From the NCBI GenBank assembly GCA_009787405.1, contig WRGA01000124.1, positions 9,706 through 73,705 on the forward strand: a stretch of 64,000 nucleotides of DNA, written 5' to 3'. The DNA is from Candidatus Azobacteroides sp. Lineage in GTDB: Bacteria > Bacteroidota > Bacteroidia > Bacteroidales > WRGA01. The first letter of the stretch is position 1. Each line of letters starts with the position of its first letter. Positions 10,285-21,720 of this stretch are shown piece after piece. The position numbers and the translations under genes were made by a program. The notes below the pieces were generated by a model, which did not search any database, was not told the DNA's origin, and worked only from the letters and a program-made list of their open reading frames with translations.

Positions 10285-13200
10285 TTAAACAACGATGTTG
10301 ACGATTTTTTTAGGAACGATAATCACTTTTTTGGGTGTTTTTCCTTCCAGCCATTTTTGAGACTGTTCGTGTTCCAGAACCGCTTTCTCTATTTCTTCGT
10401 TGGCGGCTTCCGCGGGAAAATCGAGGTTGAATCGCGATTTTCCGTTAAACGAAATGGAATAGGTGAATGAATTTTCTTTCAAATATTCCTCGTCCCAAAC
10501 CGGCCATTTTTCATCACAAATCGTATTGTTGTTCCCGATCGAATGCCAAAGTTCTTCGGCAATATGAGGAGCAAACGGCGCAATCAAAATCAACAGGTTA
10601 CCCAGTATTTCCTTTTTATTACACTTCAACGCCGTCAATTCGTTTACACAAATCATAAAAGCGCTTACGGAGGTATTGAACGAGAAATGCTCGATATCCG
10701 AAGTCACTTTCCTGATCAGTTTATGCAACGATTTCAATTCTTCTTTGGTCGGAGCTTCATCGGATACCGACAATTGATTTTCCGTATAAAACAAGTTCCA
10801 TAATTTGCGCAAAAAACGATGCACGCCGTCGATACCGTTGGTGTCCCACGGTTTGGAAATTTCCAGCGGGCCGAGAAACATTTCGTACATCCGCAACGTG
10901 TCGGCGCCGTATTTTTTCACCACATCGTCGGGATTGACCACGTTAAACATCGATTTCGACATTTTTTCGATGGCGTAACCGCAGATATATTTTCCGTTTT
11001 CGAGAATGAATTCGGCATTTTTGTATTCGGGATTCCAAGCACGGAATTTTTCGATGTCGAGCACATCATTCTCCACGATGTTTACATCCACGTGAATAGG
11101 CGTAACATCGTATTGAGATTTCAAGTTATACGACACGAACAGGTTGTCTCCCTGTACCCGGTACACGAAATTGGAACGTCCCTGAATCATCCCTTGATTG
11201 ATCAATTTCTTGAATGGTTCGTCTTCACAAACAACACCCAAGTCGAACAAGAATTTATTCCAAAAACGGCTGTAAATCAAATGCCCCGTCGCATGTTCGG
11301 TACCGCCGATGTATAAATCGACATTCCTCCAATATTCATTTGCCTCCTTCCCTACCAACGCATTCTCGTTATGCGGATCCATATAACGCAAATAATAGGC
11401 GGAAGAACCGGCAAAACCGGGCATGGTGTTCAATTCCAAAGGATAACCGTTATACGTCCAATCTTTGGCTCGTCCCAACGGCGGTTCGCCTGTTTCGGTA
11501 GGCAGGAACTTATCAATTTCGGGCAATTTTATCGGCAAATCTTTTTCGTCTACCGTATAGGGCATGCCGTCTTTGTAATAAATCGGAAACGGTTCGCCCC
11601 AATAGCGTTGACGACTGAATATCGCATCGCGGAGACGATAATTTACCTTACGCTTTCCGAGCCGGCGTTCTTCGACTTCTTTGACTGCCGAACGGATCGC
11701 CTCTTTCACTGTCAATCCGTTCAAAAAACCGGAATTAATCATGATCCCGTCTTTGGCGTCAAAGCTTTCTTCCGATACATCGCATCCTTCGATCAATGGA
11801 ACGATCGGTAAATTAAAATGCTTCGCAAATGCGTAGTCTCTGCTGTCGTGAGCAGGAACTGCCATAATGGCACCCGTTCCGTAACCGGCTAACACATAGT
11901 CGGAAATCCAAACAGGAATTTTTTCGTTGTTGAACGGATTCACCGCATACGATCCCGAAAACACCCCCGTCACCTTTTTATCGGCGATACGTTCTCTTTC
12001 CGTTCTTTTCTTCGTAGCGTCCAAATATAATTTAACTTCTTCTTTTTGTTCCGGCGTAGTCAATTTTTCTGTCAATTCGCTTTCAGGAGCCAATACCATG
12101 AACGTCACCCCGAAAATAGTGTCGGCGCGTGTGGTGAACACCGTAAAAAAGTCATCTTCCGGTTCTTGACCGGCGGAGTCGACATTGCTTGGGGTGGAGA
12201 CGGTCTCATCGAATTGGACATCTTCCGACATCAATTCCGACATTTTTTCGAAAGGAGGAATGGAATCCAATCGCTGTTTTATTTTCCGGATCACAAAATC
12301 CAAATCGGAAAAAATCTCGTTTTCTTCAATCCGGAGCACTCTGAAATCATGATTCGACAAAACGACGGTCCGTTCTTTCATATACTGCATGTACTCGGTT
12401 GTATCGGACTCTTCCGAAACAATCTCCACGATCAGGCGTTTCCGGGGAAAAACGAAATCCGCCGTAAAAAAAGCGACCGGCGCTCTTCTTTTAGCGTCAT
12501 GCCCGATCTGATGTATCAAAAAAGCATCCCAAAGAATATCGTGCGCTTGAGAGGTTTTAACAGCCGGTCGTGCGGCTTTAACCGGTTTAAATTGTATTTC
12601 CACACCTTCCGACCGACCGATCCAATGCCGCTGCGTATCTTTTAACGACTCCGTCCAGTCGATCTGTTCCAATCCGTCCAATAAACGTTGAGCATACGCC
12701 GAAACGCGCAAACACCATTGTTTCATGATTTTCTGCTCGACCGGATATCCTCCGCGAATAGACAATCCTTCGCTGACTTCATCATTTGCCAAAACCGTAC
12801 CCAACTTGGGACACCAATTCACGGGGGTATCTCCCAGATAAGCAATCCGGTAATTCAGCAAAATCTGTTGTTTTTCTTTTTCGCTTTTTTCATTCCATTC
12901 TTTCGCCGTAAACGAAAGTTCCTCTCCACAAGCTGCATTTAAATTACCGGTTCCGTAAATTTCGAAATGTTTGATCAGTTTTTCGACCGGTTCCGCTTTT
13001 TGCCGGTTATTGTCGTAGAAATGATGAAACATTTGAATAAACGCCCATTGCGTCCATTTGTAATATCCGGGATCACAGGTTCGGATTTCCCGCCTCCGGT
13101 CGTAACTGAACCCGATCTGATCTAACTGCTCACGGTAACGGGCAATGTTATTTTGTGTGGTGACGGCGGGATGTTGCCCCGTCTGAATCGCATATTGTTC

Positions 13201-13455
13201 GGCGGGAAGCCCGTATGCGTCGTATCCCATCGGATGCAACACATCAAAGCCTTTCAATCGTTTGTAACGGGAATAAATATCCGAGGCAATGTACCCCAAC
13301 GGATGCCCGACATGCAATCCCGCCCCCGATGGATACGGAAACATATCGAGTACATAATATTTCGGTTTGTTATTGTTTTCGACAACTTTATAGGTTTCAT
13401 TCTTAGCCCAAAACTCCTGCCACTTTTTTTCGATGTCCCTAAAATTATATTCCAT
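10285..13455 (-). CDS. leuS: Leucine--tRNA ligase with ~140 aa DUF559/Vsr-like insertion
   Basis: [14 protein letters not shown] (HIGH), [24 protein letters not shown]; 1056 aa, longer than usual. Confidence 0.97.
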   Translation of the reverse strand: MEYNFRDIEKKWQEFWAKNETYKVVENNNKPKYYVLDMFPYPSGAGLHVGHPLGYIASDIYSRYKRLKGFDVLHPMGYDAYGLPAEQYAIQTGQHPAVTTQNNIARYREQLDQIGFSYDRRREIRTCDPGYYKWTQWAFIQMFHHFYDNNRQKAEPVEKLIKHFEIYGTGNLNAACGEELSFTAKEWNEKSEKEKQQILLNYRIAYLGDTPVNWCPKLGTVLANDEVSEGLSIRGGYPVEQKIMKQWCLRVSAYAQRLLDGLEQIDWTESLKDTQRHWIGRSEGVEIQFKPVKAARPAVKTSQAHDILWDAFLIHQIGHDAKRRAPVAFFTADFVFPRKRLIVEIVSEESDTTEYMQYMKERTVVLSNHDFRVLRIEENEIFSDLDFVIRKIKQRLDSIPPFEKMSELMSEDVQFDETVSTPSNVDSAGQEPEDDFFTVFTTRADTIFGVTFMVLAPESELTEKLTTPEQKEEVKLYLDATKKRTERERIADKKVTGVFSGSYAVNPFNNEKIPVWISDYVLAGYGTGAIMAVPAHDSRDYAFAKHFNLPIVPLIEGCDVSEESFDAKDGIMINSGFLNGLTVKEAIRSAVKEVEERRLGKRKVNYRLRDAIFSRQRYWGEPFPIYYKDGMPYTVDEKDLPIKLPEIDKFLPTETGEPPLGRAKDWTYNGYPLELNTMPGFAGSSAYYLRYMDPHNENALVGKEANEYWRNVDLYIGGTEHATGHLIYSRFWNKFLFDLGVVCEDEPFKKLINQGMIQGRSNFVYRVQGDNLFVSYNLKSQYDVTPIHVDVNIVENDVLDIEKFRAWNPEYKNAEFILENGKYICGYAIEKMSKSMFNVVNPDDVVKKYGADTLRMYEMFLGPLEISKPWDTNGIDGVHRFLRKLWNLFYTENQLSVSDEAPTKEELKSLHKLIRKVTSDIEHFSFNTSVSAFMICVNELTALKCNKKEILGNLLILIAPFAPHIAEELWHSIGNNNTICDEKWPVWDEEYLKENSFTYSISFNGKSRFNLDFPAEAANEEIEKAVLEHEQSQKWLEGKTPKKVIIVPKKIVNIVV

Positions 13456-13563
13456 AAAAGCAATGGTATTGAATCATAACGGTATAAGTTCTTCCGTCCG
13501 ACGGATAAATAAGAGGCAAAGATAGTCAAAAGCCCATAAAGGTGATTCTTTTCTTTTTTCTTT

Positions 13564-13758
13564 TTGAATAAAGGAAGTACTTTCGGGAGTTCTTCGGGCT
13601 TTATAACCTGCGCTTCGTGCGATAGCAACGAATATGTGGAAACCATTAACAACAACTGTAAAACGATGCTCGAAGAGTTGAAATCGGCTTATGAGAAAAT
13701 GCCCGCCATAAAAGACGAAGAAATAACCTTTTTGCGAAGCCTTTTGGAAAAGAAATGA
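13564..13758 (+). pseudogene. Possible C-terminal remnant of an XRE-type regulator
   Basis: EELKSAYEKM..IKDEEITFLRSLL resembles the coiled tail of Bacteroidota HTH proteins; no HTH and no good start. Confidence 0.3.
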
Positions 13759-14054
13759 TTCATATTTCTCTCTAAGCGCTCGCGCAGTTTTATAAACCGT
13801 GCGTTATTAACGGCGCGCCAATTCCGATTTATCGGAAAACCACGCAAGTTTTGGATTCAAAAAACGGGGATTATCATCATGGAAAAAAATCTTTCTCCGG
13901 TAAGGGCTGTCATATTCGTAGAGTTTGTTGTCACAAATAATTAATAACAACTTGCTTTGTGCAACTATAGCCGTTGATGAGCAAAGCAAATTGTTATTAA
14001 CGAACTCGATTTGAACTTAAACAGACTTTTTGATTAGTCAGTAAGATCAAATAA

Positions 14055-14327
14055 TTACTCTTTGGAAAGATCTAAATCTGCACCCGGTTTGAATTTGGTA
14101 ACCTTTTTTGCAGGAATTTTAATCTTCTGTTTTGTAGTGGGATTTACACCTTCTCTTGCTGCCCTGTCGACTACAGAAAATGTACCGAACCCTACTAAAA
14201 TAACCTTGTCACCTGACTTCAAAGTGTCTGCCACGCAACCAACAAATGCATCTAATGCTCTTTTGGAATCAGCTTTGCTGAGACCTGATTTTTCAGCAAC
14301 TGCACTAATAAGCTCTGCCTTGTTCAT
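14055..14327 (-). CDS. hup: HU DNA-binding protein
   Basis: MNKAELI...LVGFGTF...REGVNP...IPAKKVTKFKPG. Confidence 0.96.
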   Translation of the reverse strand: MNKAELISAVAEKSGLSKADSKRALDAFVGCVADTLKSGDKVILVGFGTFSVVDRAAREGVNPTTKQKIKIPAKKVTKFKPGADLDLSKE

Positions 14328-14767
14328 AAATGTTTTTTTATATTGTTAGACAAAAGGGTTTTTGCAATCACGCAATTATCGGGGGCAAAGTTAAAGTTAA
14401 AATTGAGCTTGACAAATAGGCTGAAGCCCTGTTATCTCGTAATTTACAACAAATCACGCCGGATGCAAAGCGAAATGCTGTTAAATCTATTGATGAAAAT
14501 ATAAAAAAGCATCCGGATAATCGCGCGACACAATTTCAAAAAAAATCATCGATTATTGATAATGTGTTGATTTTTAAATTTATATCACTGTATTGATAAC
14601 AAGCTATTTAGAATAAAGTCGAATAGTAATAATAATGAATTTACAGATATTATTTATAAGCTCTTATCGCCTATTCATAAGGTCATTTTATATAATTAAG
14701 CATTTATTAATTATATTTCACATTAAAACACTTGTTTTTATCCTTATTATTTTAATAAGCGGATTTA

Positions 14768-15601
14768 TCAGAATAAATTCAACATCGCAAAGTAGATCAC
14801 ACAAGCCGGAGCAGCCAATAAAGCGCTGTCGAACCGGTCTAAGATACCGCCGTGCCCGGGCAGTATATTTCCCGAATCTTTTACATTGATCGTCCGTTTG
14901 AACAATGATTCCGTCAAATCTCCCCACGTTCCGAAAATCACCGTAACTAAAGCCATTCCGATCCATTCGGACAGATTCAGCATGGCCGGAAAATAATAAG
15001 AAAACATAAATGCCGTAATGATCGCAAGAATAACTCCGCCGGTGAATCCTTCCCATGATTTTTTCGGAGAAATGCGTTTAAACATTTTGTGTTTTCCGAA
15101 AGTGGAACCGACAATATAAGCGCCGGTATCATTAATCCAAAGAAAAAGAAAAAAGGAAAAGGGAAAAACTTGCCGGTAATTGATTGTATCCCCGACGTGT
15201 TCGAACGGAAGAAAGCATAATAATCCGAAAGGCAACGCGACATAGATCTGTCCCATCAATATATACGCCCAATTCTGAACCGGATCTTCTTCCTTCAGGT
15301 AAAGCCGGGAAATAAACAAATACAAAAAGTAAAAAACATACGGGAGGAACACCGATAATCCGAAATTGGTGGAAGCAAACATAAAAAATGCGATCAACAG
15401 TAAAAATCCGCCGAAACAATGGATTGCTTTATCAAAGCTTGCCTTTCCCGCATTTTCGATCAGCGAATAAAATTCCCATAATCCGGCAACCGTAATAATA
15501 GAAAAGATCACCAAAAATGAATAAGAACTGTATAAAATGCTCCCTCCCAGAATCACGACAAACAAAATACCGGTTAATGCCCGTTTAATCAGATTATTCA
15601 T
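14768..15601 (-). CDS. cdsA: Phosphatidate cytidylyltransferase
   Basis: ISPKKSWEG; ES.FKR...KDSGNILPGHGGILDRFDS. Confidence 0.95.
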   Translation of the reverse strand: MNNLIKRALTGILFVVILGGSILYSSYSFLVIFSIITVAGLWEFYSLIENAGKASFDKAIHCFGGFLLLIAFFMFASTNFGLSVFLPYVFYFLYLFISRLYLKEEDPVQNWAYILMGQIYVALPFGLLCFLPFEHVGDTINYRQVFPFSFFLFLWINDTGAYIVGSTFGKHKMFKRISPKKSWEGFTGGVILAIITAFMFSYYFPAMLNLSEWIGMALVTVIFGTWGDLTESLFKRTINVKDSGNILPGHGGILDRFDSALLAAPACVIYFAMLNLF

Positions 15602-15627
15602 TAATCAATCTTTTTACGCTGATTCGT

Positions 15628-17655
15628 TTATTTACACACGTCGGTCGGAACGGCTCCTTCCGGTATTGTCCGGTTATTTTCGGATTCCGGATCGTTCTCT
15701 GCTTCGTTTCCGGTTTTGGCGGAGGCAAAAATTTCTTCCGAGCGTGAAGTCCAAGGACGTTTGCCGAATATTTTTTCCAGATCTTCGGCATAAATGACTT
15801 CCCGTTCTATCAAAACATCCGCCAATCGTTGATGCCCTTCTTTATGTTCGTCTAAAATACGTTTGGCCCGTTCATATTGTTCGTTGATGATTCTGCTTAC
15901 TTCCGAATCGATGATTCTGGAGGTTTCTTCGCTGTAAGGTTTCGTAAATCCGTAATCTTGTCCGGAAGAATCGTAATAACAGATATTCGGCAGTTTTTCA
16001 CTCATCCCCAAATAGGCAACCATGTAAAATGCCTGTTTGGTCACACGCTCCAAATCGTTCATGGCTCCGCTCGAAATCCGGCCCAACACCAAATCCTCGG
16101 CGGCGCGTCCGCCCAAAGTCGCACACATTTCGTCGAACATTTGTTCTTTCGTCGTAATTTGCCGTTCTTCCGGCAAATACCACGCGGCTCCCAAAGCTTT
16201 CCCTCTGGGAACAATGGTTACTTTCACCAACGGATGCGCATGTTCCAGAAACCAGCTTAATGTCGCGTGTCCCGCTTCATGCAAGGCAATGGAGCGTTTT
16301 TCGGCGTCGGTGGTAATTTTATTCCGTTTTTCCAATCCGCCGACAATCCGGTCGACGGCATTCATAAAGTCTTGCTTGGCCACTACTTTTTTGCCGTTAC
16401 GCGCAGCGATCAATGCGGCTTCATTACAAACGTTGGCGATGTCGGCGCCGGAAAATCCGGGCGTTTGACGGGCCAACAATTCAGTATCGACGCTTTCATC
16501 GATTTTTATCGGACGAAGATGCACGGCAAAAATTTCTTTACGGTCATTCAAGTCGGGTAATTCCACATAAATCTGGCGATCGAATCGTCCGGCACGCAAT
16601 AATGCTTTATCCAAAATATCGGCGCGGTTTGTCGCCGCCAACACGATGATTCCGCTGTTGGTACCGAATCCGTCCATTTCGGTGAGCAATTGATTCAACG
16701 TACTTTCCCGTTCGTCGTTCGCCCCCATGTTGATGTTTTTTCCGCGAGCGCGTCCCACGGCATCGATTTCATCGATAAAAATAATACACGGGGATTTTTC
16801 TTTTGCCTGACGGAACAAATCCCTCACCCGGGAAGCGCCCACACCCACAAACATTTCGACAAAATCGGATCCCGACAAGGAGAAAAACGGCACATTGGCT
16901 TCGCCGGCCACCGCTTTTGCCAGTAATGTTTTTCCTGTTCCGGGAGGGCCTACCAACAAAGCTCCTTTCGGAATTTTCCCGCCTAATTCGGTGTATCGTC
17001 CGGGATTTTTTAAAAATTCGACGATTTCCTGAATTTCCTGTTTGGCTTCGGCCAAGCCGGCAACATCTTTGAATGTCACTTTAACCTTACTGTCTTTATC
17101 GAACAGTTGCGCTTTTGATTTTCCCACACTGAACATGCCTCCGGCTCCGCCGCCTCCGGCCATACGCCTCATCATATAGAACCAAAGGGCGACTAACAGC
17201 ACCGTCGGTCCGAAAAACCACAGAATACGGCTCAACGTGCCGTCGCCTTTTTCATAGATCACATCTATTCTGAGGTTTTTTTCGGTCTTGACTTTTTCGA
17301 TGTAGTCCGAGAATTTGGCTGCGGAAGGAATATTGACGGATATTTTGGGCATGTCGCCCATTTTTTCGGCATCTTCTTTCAATACCGCATTTGCCGAATC
17401 TTTTTTGATATAGGCGTCTAATTTATCGGCGTCGGTATAAACAACGATCTTATTGATGTTATTTCCCGACAAAATTTTTTCAAATTCGGTCCAGCTGACA
17501 TCTTTCGACGTTTGTATGTCGCGGGTGAAATATAATCCGATCAATGACAGTCCGATCAGCAGATAAAGCCAATCGAGACGAAATTTCGGGGGTTTGCCGC
17601 CGACCGGAAATTTATTCTTATTATCGGGACGATTTGAGGGTTCTTTATTTTCCAT
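15628..17655 (-). CDS. ftsH: ATP-dependent zinc metalloprotease FtsH
   Basis: Two TM helices, [13 protein letters not shown]; ATG at 17655 chosen as start. Confidence 0.97.
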   Translation of the reverse strand: MENKEPSNRPDNKNKFPVGGKPPKFRLDWLYLLIGLSLIGLYFTRDIQTSKDVSWTEFEKILSGNNINKIVVYTDADKLDAYIKKDSANAVLKEDAEKMGDMPKISVNIPSAAKFSDYIEKVKTEKNLRIDVIYEKGDGTLSRILWFFGPTVLLVALWFYMMRRMAGGGGAGGMFSVGKSKAQLFDKDSKVKVTFKDVAGLAEAKQEIQEIVEFLKNPGRYTELGGKIPKGALLVGPPGTGKTLLAKAVAGEANVPFFSLSGSDFVEMFVGVGASRVRDLFRQAKEKSPCIIFIDEIDAVGRARGKNINMGANDERESTLNQLLTEMDGFGTNSGIIVLAATNRADILDKALLRAGRFDRQIYVELPDLNDRKEIFAVHLRPIKIDESVDTELLARQTPGFSGADIANVCNEAALIAARNGKKVVAKQDFMNAVDRIVGGLEKRNKITTDAEKRSIALHEAGHATLSWFLEHAHPLVKVTIVPRGKALGAAWYLPEERQITTKEQMFDEMCATLGGRAAEDLVLGRISSGAMNDLERVTKQAFYMVAYLGMSEKLPNICYYDSSGQDYGFTKPYSEETSRIIDSEVSRIINEQYERAKRILDEHKEGHQRLADVLIEREVIYAEDLEKIFGKRPWTSRSEEIFASAKTGNEAENDPESENNRTIPEGAVPTDVCK

Positions 17656-17693
17656 AATAATCAATAATAATCTGTAAAATCATAAAACGACAT

Positions 17694-18062
17694 CTAAACT
17701 ATGTCGGGAATTTTTGTCAACTTGGCGTCATTCCAAAGACTTTCAAGTTGATAATATTCTCTGATTTCCGGTAAAAAAACATGCACAACCACATCGCCGT
17801 AATCCATCGCAACCCATTGGGCATTTTTTGATCCGTCGATTGAGAGAGGCCTTATATACGCCTTCTTTTTTACATAATCTTTTACGGATGAGGTTATTGC
17901 TGATACTTGGTTGGGCGAATTTCCCTCGCAAATGACGAGATAACGACAGATGCAATCTTCTATTGTGGTCAGATCGGCAATGACGATTCCTTTTCCCTTT
18001 TTTTCTTGAATTCCTTCGATAACTTTTTCCAGTAGTAAATTAGTGCTTTGAGTTGTCTGCAT
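17694..18062 (-). CDS. rsfS: Ribosome silencing factor RsfS
   Basis: EKKG..I, WVAMDYGDVVVHVF...REYYQLESLW. Confidence 0.95.
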   Translation of the reverse strand: MQTTQSTNLLLEKVIEGIQEKKGKGIVIADLTTIEDCICRYLVICEGNSPNQVSAITSSVKDYVKKKAYIRPLSIDGSKNAQWVAMDYGDVVVHVFLPEIREYYQLESLWNDAKLTKIPDIV

Positions 18063-18345
18063 TCGTTAAAATTAAATTAGTGTGCAAATATAGCTTGAAA
18101 ATTACAAAATTAGAGCATTCGGGCGGGAGCAATATATTTTATTTTTTCTACCTTTGCCGCTTTGTTTCAAGTCGTGTTTGAATATGATTTTTAAATACCG
18201 GAGTCATAATATAATCCGATGGCGCAAATATCGTACAGCGCAAATATCGTGCCGGCATTATGAATTTCCAACTACCGGCCGACTTTTCACGACGGACAAA
18301 ATCCTCTACATTCAAAACAAATTTTAGTGTAAAATATCATAACAG

Positions 18346-21300
18346 ATGAAAAAGTACAATTTGACGAACAATACCATCGGGTGGCTTACTTTTATTATTT
18401 CTGCGATTGTTTACCTCCTGACGATTGAACCGACGGCCAGTTTCTGGGACTGCCCCGAATTTATCATCACGGCTTATAAGTTGGAAGTCGGACATCCGCC
18501 CGGAAGTCCTATTTTTATGTTGACGGCTAATTTTTTCACTCATTTTGCTTCGGATCCGTCTCATGTCGCAAAAATGGTCAATACCATGTCGGCATTGTGC
18601 AGCGCTTTTACCATTTTATTTTTGTTTTGGAGCATCACTCATTTGACCCGTAAGCTTGTCGTAGCAAAAGACGGAGAACCGACCCTCGGTCAAACCATCA
18701 TCATTATGGGTTCGGGACTTGTGGGAGCGCTGGCTTATACGTTTTCGGATACCTTCTGGTTTTCGGCGGTCGAAGGTGAAGTATATGCTTATTCTTCCTT
18801 GTGTACCGCCGTCGTTTTTTGGATGATCTTAAAATGGGAAAACGTGGCGGATAAGCCTCATTCCGACCGGTGGATCGTCGCAATTGCTTACGTCATGGGA
18901 TTATCCATCGGCGTGCATTTGCTTAATTTATTGACTATTCCTGCGCTGGTGTTGGTCTATTATTACAAAAAATATCCGGATGCCGATGCCAAAGGATCTT
19001 TAAAAGCATTGCTTTTGTCTTTCGGATTACTGGTTGTATTGATGTACGGGTTAATTCCCGGATTTTTCACGGTGGCGGGCTGGTTTGAATTATTGTTTGT
19101 CAACGTCCTGAAAATGCCGTTTAACACCGGCGCCATCTTCTATTTTATTTTGGTGGTCGGCGTTTTGATTTGGAGTATTCTCGAAACATTGGCCGAAAAT
19201 GTTAATATGAAACGTGCCCGGATCTCTTTCGCCGCTTGCGTCATTTTAATGGGGATTCCTCTATTCGGCGGACCGGTGTTGGGCTTCTTGGTAAGCGTCG
19301 GACTGGTGATTTTCTTGTTTTACAAAAAGAATCTCAGCATCCGGGTATTGAATACGTGCCTGCTTTGTTTGATGGTGATTCTGATCGGATATTCATCGTA
19401 TGCGTTGATCGTGATTCGTTCGTCGGCCAATCCGCCGATGGATCAAAATTCTCCGGAAGATGTGTTTGCGCTGACGTATTATCTGAATCGTGAACAATAC
19501 GGAGATCGCCCGTTGTTTTACGGACAAACCTATGCTTCGGATCCGAAATACGATGAGAGCGGTAAAGCCGTTACCAAAGAAGGAAAAGCGAATTGGATCA
19601 GAAAAGAGAAGGATTCTCCCGGTGAAAAAGACTCTTATGTTAACGCCGGATATAGGTTTACTTACGAATACGAAAATCAAATGCTGTTTCCGCGGATGTA
19701 CAGCAGTACCGAAAAAAGTCATATTGCGGGATATAAATATTGGGCCGGAATCGACGATAAAATCATCGGCGGGAAAAGAACTACGCCGCCTCCCACTTTC
19801 ATGCAAAATCTCCGCTTCTTTTTCTCGTATCAATTGAATTTCATGTATTGGAGATATTTCATGTGGAATTTTTCGGGTCGCCAGAACGACATTCAGGGAA
19901 ATGGTGAAATAACGCACGGAAACTGGATCACGGGAATCAATTTTATCGATAATTACTTCCTGGGATTGGGAGACCAGAGCAATCTTCCGCCTGAAATGGC
20001 CTCCAATAAAGGACATAATGCATATTTTATGCTGCCGTTGATTTTGGGTATCATCGGCTTGTTTTATCAGGCTTTTTCGGGACAAAAAGGTATTCAAGGG
20101 TTTTGGATTACGTTCTTTTTGTTTTTCATGACGGGAATCGCCATCGTCCTTTACCTCAATCAAACGCCTTATCAACCTCGTGAACGGGATTATGCGTATG
20201 CCGGTTCGTTTTACGCTTTTTGTATTTGGATCGGGATGGGTGTTGCCGCATTGGCCCGCTTTTTCGAAAAATATATGTCGAGAACTCCGGCGGGAATTTT
20301 GGCGACCGTGATCACGATACTCATCCCGATCAGAATGGGCGCTCAAAATTGGAACGACCATGATCGTTCGAACCGCTATACTACCCGTGATTTCGGATTC
20401 AATTATTTGGATTCCTGCGAACCGGATGCCGTGATTTTTACAAACGGAGACAATGATACCTTTCCGTTGTGGTATGCTCAGGAAGTGGAAGGATACCGTA
20501 CCGATGTTCGTGTTTGTAATTTAAGCTATTTGCAAACAGATTGGTATATCGATCAGATGAAACGTCAAAGCTATGAGTCCGATCCTTTGCCGATTTATTG
20601 GGAGAGGAAAGATTATGTGGGAGAAACACATGATGTAGCTTTTCTGGCGGATGTGACGGACGGGCAGCCGATCGATATTTCCTGGGCGGTGGATTCTATC
20701 CGTTCCGACAGCAAAAGAATGCAAAACATCCGCAGGCTATACGAAGGCAGGGATATTATTCCGTCTCTAAAATTTATCATGAAAGTCGATTCCGCAGATG
20801 TGGCGAAAGCCGGGTTGATGCCCAAAGACAGCAGCGCCCGTCTCAACCCCGAAATGATGATCGATTTGGGCGGAAAGCGTTATTTGACCAAAAGCGAAAT
20901 GATGATTCTGGAAATGTTGAAACAAAATAAATGGCAACGTCCGATATATTACGCGACAACCGTCAGCTCTGACATGTATGTGGGATTATCAAGATTTTTT
21001 GCTTCAGAAGGATTGACTTACCGTATCATGCCTTACGAAAAAGGCAGTTCCGTAAATACCGATGTCATGTACAATAACATGGTGAACAAGTTCAAATGGG
21101 GAAATGCCGCCGACCCGAATGTATATTTGGATGAAAACGTTTTGCGGATGTGCAGGACATTGAGGTATATGTTTGCCCGTTTGTCGGCGACATTGATCAC
21201 GGAAGGCAAAAACGACAAAGCGTTGACCGCCATGGATAAATGTCTGAAGGTACTGCCGATTGAAACGGTCGGTTATGATTTTTCTCTGGCTTTCTTGGGC

Positions 21301-21570
21301 GAAAATTATTATAAGATAGGACAAAAAGAAAAAGCTCAGGCTTTATTGGAGGCATTTGCCAAAAATGCAAAAGATAATCTGATCTGGTATAACGGATTGC
21401 CGGACAGATTGTATTCGGGAATTTTGGAAGAGATTAAAGATGATCTCGGAACATTGCAAACCGTTGTGGAAATTTACCGGACGTATAATCCCGAATTGGC
21501 GAAAGTGTATGAAGCAGAATTAAATATGTATGCCGCCAGATGGATGAGTTATCAACAACAAAGAAGATAA
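18346..21570 (+). CDS. DUF2723 membrane protein (GT-C glycosyltransferase-like)
   Basis: SFWDCPEFI, EVGHPPG, AVEGEVY, QPRERDY, NGDNDTFPLWY. Confidence 0.88.
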   Translation: MKKYNLTNNTIGWLTFIISAIVYLLTIEPTASFWDCPEFIITAYKLEVGHPPGSPIFMLTANFFTHFASDPSHVAKMVNTMSALCSAFTILFLFWSITHLTRKLVVAKDGEPTLGQTIIIMGSGLVGALAYTFSDTFWFSAVEGEVYAYSSLCTAVVFWMILKWENVADKPHSDRWIVAIAYVMGLSIGVHLLNLLTIPALVLVYYYKKYPDADAKGSLKALLLSFGLLVVLMYGLIPGFFTVAGWFELLFVNVLKMPFNTGAIFYFILVVGVLIWSILETLAENVNMKRARISFAACVILMGIPLFGGPVLGFLVSVGLVIFLFYKKNLSIRVLNTCLLCLMVILIGYSSYALIVIRSSANPPMDQNSPEDVFALTYYLNREQYGDRPLFYGQTYASDPKYDESGKAVTKEGKANWIRKEKDSPGEKDSYVNAGYRFTYEYENQMLFPRMYSSTEKSHIAGYKYWAGIDDKIIGGKRTTPPPTFMQNLRFFFSYQLNFMYWRYFMWNFSGRQNDIQGNGEITHGNWITGINFIDNYFLGLGDQSNLPPEMASNKGHNAYFMLPLILGIIGLFYQAFSGQKGIQGFWITFFLFFMTGIAIVLYLNQTPYQPRERDYAYAGSFYAFCIWIGMGVAALARFFEKYMSRTPAGILATVITILIPIRMGAQNWNDHDRSNRYTTRDFGFNYLDSCEPDAVIFTNGDNDTFPLWYAQEVEGYRTDVRVCNLSYLQTDWYIDQMKRQSYESDPLPIYWERKDYVGETHDVAFLADVTDGQPIDISWAVDSIRSDSKRMQNIRRLYEGRDIIPSLKFIMKVDSADVAKAGLMPKDSSARLNPEMMIDLGGKRYLTKSEMMILEMLKQNKWQRPIYYATTVSSDMYVGLSRFFASEGLTYRIMPYEKGSSVNTDVMYNNMVNKFKWGNAADPNVYLDENVLRMCRTLRYMFARLSATLITEGKNDKALTAMDKCLKVLPIETVGYDFSLAFLGENYYKIGQKEKAQALLEAFAKNAKDNLIWYNGLPDRLYSGILEEIKDDLGTLQTVVEIYRTYNPELAKVYEAELNMYAARWMSYQQQRR

Positions 21571-21581
21571 ATCGCGTAGGC

Positions 21582-21619
21582 ACAAATTATGGAAATGCTT
21601 CTGCATTTCCATAATTTGT
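21582..21619. repeat. Perfect 17 bp inverted repeat after the DUF2723 gene (terminator or REP-like)
   Basis: ACAAATTATGGAAATGC-TTCT-GCATTTCCATAATTTGT. Confidence 0.6.
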
Positions 21620-21720
21620 ATAATCATTTTTTACCGAACCGGATTTTCCGGAAGGCGTCATTTTGTCCGATCGTCATTTGTAAAACCGGTAAATCGTAAA
21701 TCGTGAATTTGTAAATTTTT

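Noticed and set aside
12160-12580. Intein in LeuS
   Set aside because: No N-terminal Cys/Ser block and no C-terminal His-Asn-Cys/Ser/Thr junction.
13772-13925. REP-like palindromic fragments between leuS and hup
   Set aside because: Short, imperfect and single-copy in the window; cannot be supported as an element.
19393-20361. 322 aa antisense ORF (and similar shadows such as 2753-3373, 12046-12645, 4177-4725)
   Set aside because: They lie wholly opposite well-supported genes and have no recognisable motifs.
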